From an uncultured Gammaproteobacteria bacterium (GTDB taxonomy: Bacteria; Patescibacteriota; Microgenomatia; UBA8517), in contig OZ246419.1 of NCBI GenBank assembly GCA_965231135.1, forward strand, positions 513,488-577,487: a stretch of 64,000 nucleotides of DNA, given 5' to 3'. Position numbers and translations under genes: made by a program. The notes beneath the pieces were generated by a model. The model made no database searches and was not told where the DNA came from. It saw only the letters and a program-made list of their open reading frames with translations. This document shows, piece after piece, positions 59,555 through 64,000 of the stretch (position 1 is its first letter; each line of letters begins with the position of its first letter).

Positions 59555-59581
59555 ACAAAGCTTGTGTTAAAATAGCATAAT

Positions 59582-60340
59582 ATGTCAGCTTTTTATGATT
59601 CCTACGATTATTCTGCATATTGGCAAGGGCGAGAATATGAACATCAAGCTGAAATAATTGCGATTAGCGAATTTTTAAAAAAAATTAAACACATTAACCG
59701 CGCAATTGAAATCGGCGGAGGATTTGGAAGACTTTTGCCGTTTTATGTTTACAGAACTAAAACAAGTTTTTTAACAGAACCATCTTCAAAGTTACTGGCG
59801 CTGGCTAAAAAAAATAATAAAAATTTTAAAAATGTAAAGTATTTGCAATCCACTTTGGATAATTTGGGAAAACGGGTCAGGAAAAACAGTTTTGATTTAG
59901 TATTAATGATTCGTGTTATGCACCACATGGGCAATCCTGATAAAACTTTTGCAGAGATTTCAAATTTAATTTCCAGTGATGGATATCTAATATTAGAATT
60001 TGCAAATAAAATTCATTTTAAAAATGTTGTAGAGCATGTAATCAAAAAGGATTTTACATTTTGGGGTGATACAACAACAATTGATGTTAGAAGCAAGAAA
60101 TCAAAAAGAAACAAAACGATTGCTTTTTTGAATTACCACCCCAATGTGATCAAAGAAAAATTAAAGGAAAATAATTTTGAAATTATTGAAATACGATCTG
60201 TTTCAAATATTCGAAGTAGCTGGGCAAAAACACATTTGCCAAGGACTTTTTTGCTTGAAATAGAGAAATTATTACAAATTCCTTTTTCTTATTTTTATTT
60301 TGGACCTTCGATTTTTGTGTTAGCCAAAAAAAAGGGTTGA
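59582..60340 (+). CDS. Class I SAM-dependent methyltransferase
   Basis: IEIGGGFGR, FDLV, VMHH, GYLILE. Confidence 0.85.
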   Translation: MSAFYDSYDYSAYWQGREYEHQAEIIAISEFLKKIKHINRAIEIGGGFGRLLPFYVYRTKTSFLTEPSSKLLALAKKNNKNFKNVKYLQSTLDNLGKRVRKNSFDLVLMIRVMHHMGNPDKTFAEISNLISSDGYLILEFANKIHFKNVVEHVIKKDFTFWGDTTTIDVRSKKSKRNKTIAFLNYHPNVIKEKLKENNFEIIEIRSVSNIRSSWAKTHLPRTFLLEIEKLLQIPFSYFYFGPSIFVLAKKKG

Positions 60341-60399
60341 GTATTTTAATATTGTTCTATCTTATAGAACAGGCATGTAGATTTGAATATCTGATCTAT

Positions 60400-60438
60400 T
60401 GTGGATAACTTGACAAGCCTATAACTTTGTGTTATATT
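60400..60438 (+). promoter_or_regulatory. DnaA box abutting a sigma70-like promoter
   Basis: TGTGGATAA (60400-60408, reverse complement TTATCCACA); TTGACA-N17-TATATT (60410-60438). Confidence 0.65.
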
Positions 60439-60443
60439 ACACT

Positions 60444-60519
60444 CACGTTCTGAGGCAATCTCGATAATATCGAGAAAGCGTTAGGATTTCTTGGCCCTTC
60501 CTCGTGAAGGGCCTTTTTT
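60444..60519 (+). ncRNA. Candidate small structured RNA
   Basis: Own promoter, long hairpin, terminator GGCCCTTC-CTCGT-GAAGGGCC-T6. Confidence 0.45.
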
Positions 60520-60581
60520 GTGGCTAAAATGATATAAGCAAAGCTTGTAACATCAGAATGGTATAATTTAAACGTTTGCAA

Positions 60582-60665
60582 GCCGAAGTGGTGAAATGGC
60601 AGACACGTACGGTTTAGGGCCGTATGCTCGGTAAGAGCGTGCAGGTTCAAGTCCTGTCTTCGGCA
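60582..60665 (+). tRNA. tRNA-Leu(TAG)
   Basis: TACGG-TTTAGGG-CCGTA. Confidence 0.95.
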
Positions 60666-60688
60666 CATTCACCTGTGAAAGTAGATAT

Positions 60689-61087
60689 ATGACAGAACCA
60701 AATTTTATAGAAGCCAATTCTAGATTAAATTACCCTAAAAATTTGTTCGATTTTCAGCAAAGTGTAAACATGTTTATTGGAACAAGGGGAGTAATACTTG
60801 GAATAAAAATCTTCTTTGATAATAAAGTGGGGTTTGTTGAATCTCTAAGTCCAAATATTTTTTCAGCAACTCAGACAAAAGAAAAAGAGAGGGAAAGACG
60901 AGAAAAATTGTTACTTCAGAGGAATTTTTCTCCTAACGATGTGAATCAAATCAACGAATATATCAACCAAAAAGTTGAGAAGATTTTAAAGGATGATCCT
61001 GAAGATTATTTTGAAGTTTCAGAGTTAGTAAGAAAACATTTTACCTGGGATAATGAAACTGGCCTTCAATATAAAAAGATTGAGTGA
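60689..61087 (+). CDS. Hypothetical protein
   Basis: 132-aa ORF. Confidence 0.6.
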   Translation: MTEPNFIEANSRLNYPKNLFDFQQSVNMFIGTRGVILGIKIFFDNKVGFVESLSPNIFSATQTKEKERERREKLLLQRNFSPNDVNQINEYINQKVEKILKDDPEDYFEVSELVRKHFTWDNETGLQYKKIE

Positions 61088-61100
61088 TGTATAATTGATT

Positions 61101-61223
61101 ATGTCGGAAATGATTCATAGTTATCCAACCAAAATAACTGGGAGTTTTAAGGTAATTTTGCTTTTGATTCCTGCAATAGTTTTTGCAGTTACACTTGCAA
61201 TATTGATAGCAATTAAATTTTAA
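61101..61223 (+). CDS. Small single-TM peptide (not in ORF track)
   Basis: 40 aa; TATAAT just upstream; stop abuts next ATG. Confidence 0.5.
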   Translation: MSEMIHSYPTKITGSFKVILLLIPAIVFAVTLAILIAIKF

Positions 61224-61745
61224 ATGAAGGAAGCACGCGAAATATTTTTAATGCTTGGAGCAGTAATTGTTATTCTTCTTGTGCTTCGATTTAATTTACT
61301 TGGTAATTTCTTACATACTAATCCACTGGCAAGCTCCACACCTGTTGCCACAGGGCTTACAAATTTAAAACCAATAACTATTAACAAAACAAATATTATG
61401 GTTGAAATTGCAAATACTGAAGCTCTTCGGGAAAAAGGGCTAAGCGGAATTAATAGTTTACCATCAGACCAGGGAATGATCTTTGATTTTGGGACAAAAA
61501 ATATTACGCCGCTTAATGCAAGATTCTGGATGAAAGGAATGCTTATTCCGCTGGACTTTATCTGGATAACTAATAATAAAGTTGTGGAAATTACGCCAAA
61601 TGTTCCAGCTCCAGCCGCAAATACTCCTGACAACCAACTTTTGATTTATCAACCTTCTGAAAATATAGATTTTGTTTTGGAAGTAAACGCAGGTTTTGCA
61701 ATGAATAATCTTATAAAAGTAGGCGATAATGTTACGGGTCTATGA
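61224..61745 (+). CDS. DUF192 family protein
   Basis: VEIA.T...R.KGLS, GMIF, FWMK..LIPLD, VLEVNAG. Confidence 0.9.
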   Translation: MKEAREIFLMLGAVIVILLVLRFNLLGNFLHTNPLASSTPVATGLTNLKPITINKTNIMVEIANTEALREKGLSGINSLPSDQGMIFDFGTKNITPLNARFWMKGMLIPLDFIWITNNKVVEITPNVPAPAANTPDNQLLIYQPSENIDFVLEVNAGFAMNNLIKVGDNVTGL

Positions 61746-61758
61746 CGAAATTACAAGC

Positions 61759-62979
61759 TTAGCTTATTACGCCAAAGGCAATCCGATCTAAAACATATCC
61801 TTCATTATTTATAATTCTTGCCGGCGTTATTGTGTAATCTCCAAACAAATTATTTATTTTATCCAGTGCTTTAGTTAAATTCTGTTTTTTAATTACGTCA
61901 GTTGTTAGATCAAGCTGAAGATTTTTGTTTTTTTGTAGATTAAAAACAGTAACAGATAAAAGTCTTACAGGTTTTTTTACCGGGCACATAAAGAATAATT
62001 TATAAACTAATTTTGTAAAATCGTTTGAAGAAAAAACAGGATAGGCAAGCTTCATGCCGTGATGCCAGTATGTATGATCGCGAAAAAGAATACTTAAATG
62101 AATTCCTCCCGCAAAATAATTTTTATTTCGCAAACGTCTTGCAGTTTTTTCCGTGAGCTTTGTTAAAATTGGACGAAGTTCTTCGAAAGTTTCGTACGGA
62201 TAAGTTAGTGCATACTGACTGCCAAATGATTTTCTTTCAAAAAGATAATCATCAATTTCAAAACCGTGAAGGCGCATAAGCCAATAGTAGCTATTAATAG
62301 AACGGAAGGCGATTTTTAATTTCTGCAAATCTGCATTATAAAAACCTAGAACGTCATAAATTCCAGCAGATGATAACCTGGCTGCGTTGGCATTTTTAAT
62401 GCCGCAGAGATTTGTCAACTTTAAACTTTCATAAACTTGATAAAAATTGCCTTTATTTATTTCAAATAAACCATCTGGTTTTTTGTAACTTGCTGCAGTT
62501 TTGGCTAAAAATCCATTGGTGGAAATTCCTATGGAGACAGTGATTGCACTGCCGATTTCTTTTTTAATTCTTTCTTTGATTTCCAAACCTACATTTAATA
62601 AGTTTCTATTTGAGCTTTGTGAGTTTTTACTTTTAAAGTCAACAACAAATTCGTCGATTGATTTGGGATGTACTGATAAAGAATATTTATTAAGAAGTGC
62701 GTGCATTTTTTTATGGATGAAACGATATTTGGGAGGATCTGGGGGAAGAATAATCATATTAGGGCATAAGGCCAGACCGTCTTTGACTCTCATCCCAGTC
62801 TTTACTCCAAATGCTTTGGCAGGATAGGAAGCTGCAAGAATGCAGCCGTTTTTAGTTGCATAAGCTGCGACAGCAACTGACTTGCCTCTCAAAAATGGAT
62901 TTGCTTGTTGTTCAATTGTTGCAAAGCAGGAATTGATATCTATATGCATGACACTAGATGGCGAGGAATTAAAATCCAT
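61759..62979 (-). CDS. dinB: Y-family DNA polymerase IV
   Basis: HIDINSCFA, AASY.AK, SIDE, LAKTA, KPDG. Confidence 0.93.
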   Translation of the reverse strand: MDFNSSPSSVMHIDINSCFATIEQQANPFLRGKSVAVAAYATKNGCILAASYPAKAFGVKTGMRVKDGLALCPNMIILPPDPPKYRFIHKKMHALLNKYSLSVHPKSIDEFVVDFKSKNSQSSNRNLLNVGLEIKERIKKEIGSAITVSIGISTNGFLAKTAASYKKPDGLFEINKGNFYQVYESLKLTNLCGIKNANAARLSSAGIYDVLGFYNADLQKLKIAFRSINSYYWLMRLHGFEIDDYLFERKSFGSQYALTYPYETFEELRPILTKLTEKTARRLRNKNYFAGGIHLSILFRDHTYWHHGMKLAYPVFSSNDFTKLVYKLFFMCPVKKPVRLLSVTVFNLQKNKNLQLDLTTDVIKKQNLTKALDKINNLFGDYTITPARIINNEGYVLDRIAFGVIS

Positions 62980-63223
62980 TTGAGATTTCTTCTAAAAACC
63001 AGTTCAAACTTTTAGTGTTAAATTTAAGGCGCAAAAATAAATTATCTGTAGTGACTGAAAAAATGTGATAGAGGATATCTCCTTTTTTATATTCATGATG
63101 AAGACCAATTTGGTTTATCTTATAAAATCTATTGTTCCAAATAACTGTTTTGGGAAGAAAATTTAAAGTGTTTTTATCAAAATAAGAAACCACTGAAACT
63201 GGAGCATCAAGTTTTTGATTCAT
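62969..63223 (-). CDS. Small beta-rich protein coupled to dinB
   Basis: P...WNNR.Y.I...F.L.F.....WFLE pattern; overlaps dinB start. Confidence 0.7.
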   Translation of the reverse strand: MNQKLDAPVSVVSYFDKNTLNFLPKTVIWNNRFYKINQIGLHHEYKKGDILYHIFSVTTDNLFLRLKFNTKSLNWFLEEISNGF

Positions 63224-63258
63224 AATTATTAGAATGACAAGCTATGCTTATTTATATT

Positions 63259-63274
63259 CCGAAGAAATACCGAA
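63259..63274 (-). promoter_or_regulatory. Direct-repeat operator TTCGG-N6-TTCGG, putative SOS box
   Basis: Lies between TTGACT (-35) and TATAAA (-10) upstream of the dinB operon. Confidence 0.6.
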
Positions 63275-63275
63275 G

Positions 63276-63590
63276 TCAAGAGGAAGTTTGTGTAAATAAA
63301 GAAAACGCATGTTCTCCAAACGGAGTTAATTTAATTCGTTGATTCTTTTCATCGATTTCTATTAATTTTATACTCTGTAAACTATTTAATCTTTCAACAA
63401 CATTGCCTGAACTAACATCAAATTCTTTAATTAATTCTTGTCTTGATGGATGCCATTTGTTTTCTTGTAAATAATTTCCAATAAAGATAAAATCTTCTAA
63501 GTTTTTAGCAGTCATTTTGTCTGAAGCATTTTCTATTTCCCAAGATGCAATTAACAACTTATTTTTGGCTCCTGCTAAATCAATTTCCAT
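63276..63590 (-). CDS. Winged-helix protein resembling a LexA DNA-binding domain
   Basis: FI..YLQENKWHPSRQELIKEF..SSG.V.ERLNSL. Confidence 0.55.
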   Translation of the reverse strand: MEIDLAGAKNKLLIASWEIENASDKMTAKNLEDFIFIGNYLQENKWHPSRQELIKEFDVSSGNVVERLNSLQSIKLIEIDEKNQRIKLTPFGEHAFSLFTQTSS

Positions 63591-63627
63591 GGGAAAAGTA
63601 TTTTAACATAAGTGCTAAAATTTAATT

Positions 63628-64000
63628 ATGAAAGTTAAACTTTTAATTATTTCCGGGTTTTTACTTAGTTTTGGAATTGGATTTATGGTTGGTCAACTAA
63701 TTCTTATCAAAACCCAAAAACCAACACAAATTGTCAGCCAGGTTGTAGATAGATCGCTTGATAAATATACGATAGATAATTTAAGTAATTATTGGAATAC
63801 AAAAACAGATCCTTCGACTACGCTCAGGGTGACAAGTCAACTTAAAGATTTTCCAGAATTTACTTCCAGTGAATTTATTATGAACTTTAACCCCTCGACT
63901 TCGCTCGGGACTGTAGTGCAAACGAAAAAAACTTCAGGGCTTATTAATATTCCAAAAGGTGAGGGAAAATATCCGCTTGTAATTATGATTCGAGGATATG
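63628..64000 (+). CDS. Alpha/beta hydrolase (S9 peptidase-like), 3' truncated
   Basis: Hand translation: N-terminal TM, SGLINIPKGEGKYPLVIMIRGY. Confidence 0.7.
   Translation, partial: MKVKLLIISGFLLSFGIGFMVGQLILIKTQKPTQIVSQVVDRSLDKYTIDNLSNYWNTKTDPSTTLRVTSQLKDFPEFTSSEFIMNFNPSTSLGTVVQTKKTSGLINIPKGEGKYPLVIMIRGY

Noticed and set aside
60400-60408. Replication origin at the DnaA box
   Set aside because: Only one perfect box seen and no dnaA nearby

Overview
AT-rich 64-kb segment, most likely from a Patescibacteria (CPR, Microgenomates/Woesebacteria-like) chromosome; this taxonomy is an inference from gene content and style. The backbone carries uvrC (partial), secG, an ABC substrate-binding protein, two Asn/Thr-rich repeat surface proteins, a GT2/GH18/GH26 polysaccharide region, obgE, pyrD, pyrG, a DRG-family GTPase, dinB and 13 intact tRNA genes, including a rare tRNA-Leu(AAG). 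Three tRNA-linked integrated elements could be delimited by eye. (1) A 6.9-kb serine-recombinase island at the tRNA-His 3' end (21713-28624), whose att site lies inside the recombinase gene, so integration and excision swap its C-terminus. (2) A 1.1-kb relic of the same design at tRNA-Leu(TAA) (33463-34557). (3) A 16.4-kb tyrosine-integrase island (39523-55892) that splits a tRNA-Val(TAC) gene into two halves and carries a different intact tRNA-Val(TAC) plus a glycosylation cluster. Islands 1 and 3 share a homologous core module, suggesting a family of CPR satellite-like elements. A short AAGC-N3-GCTT motif linked to local duplications, REP-like inserts inside genes, and several candidate structured RNAs are also present. 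All family assignments come from motif recognition, not database searches.
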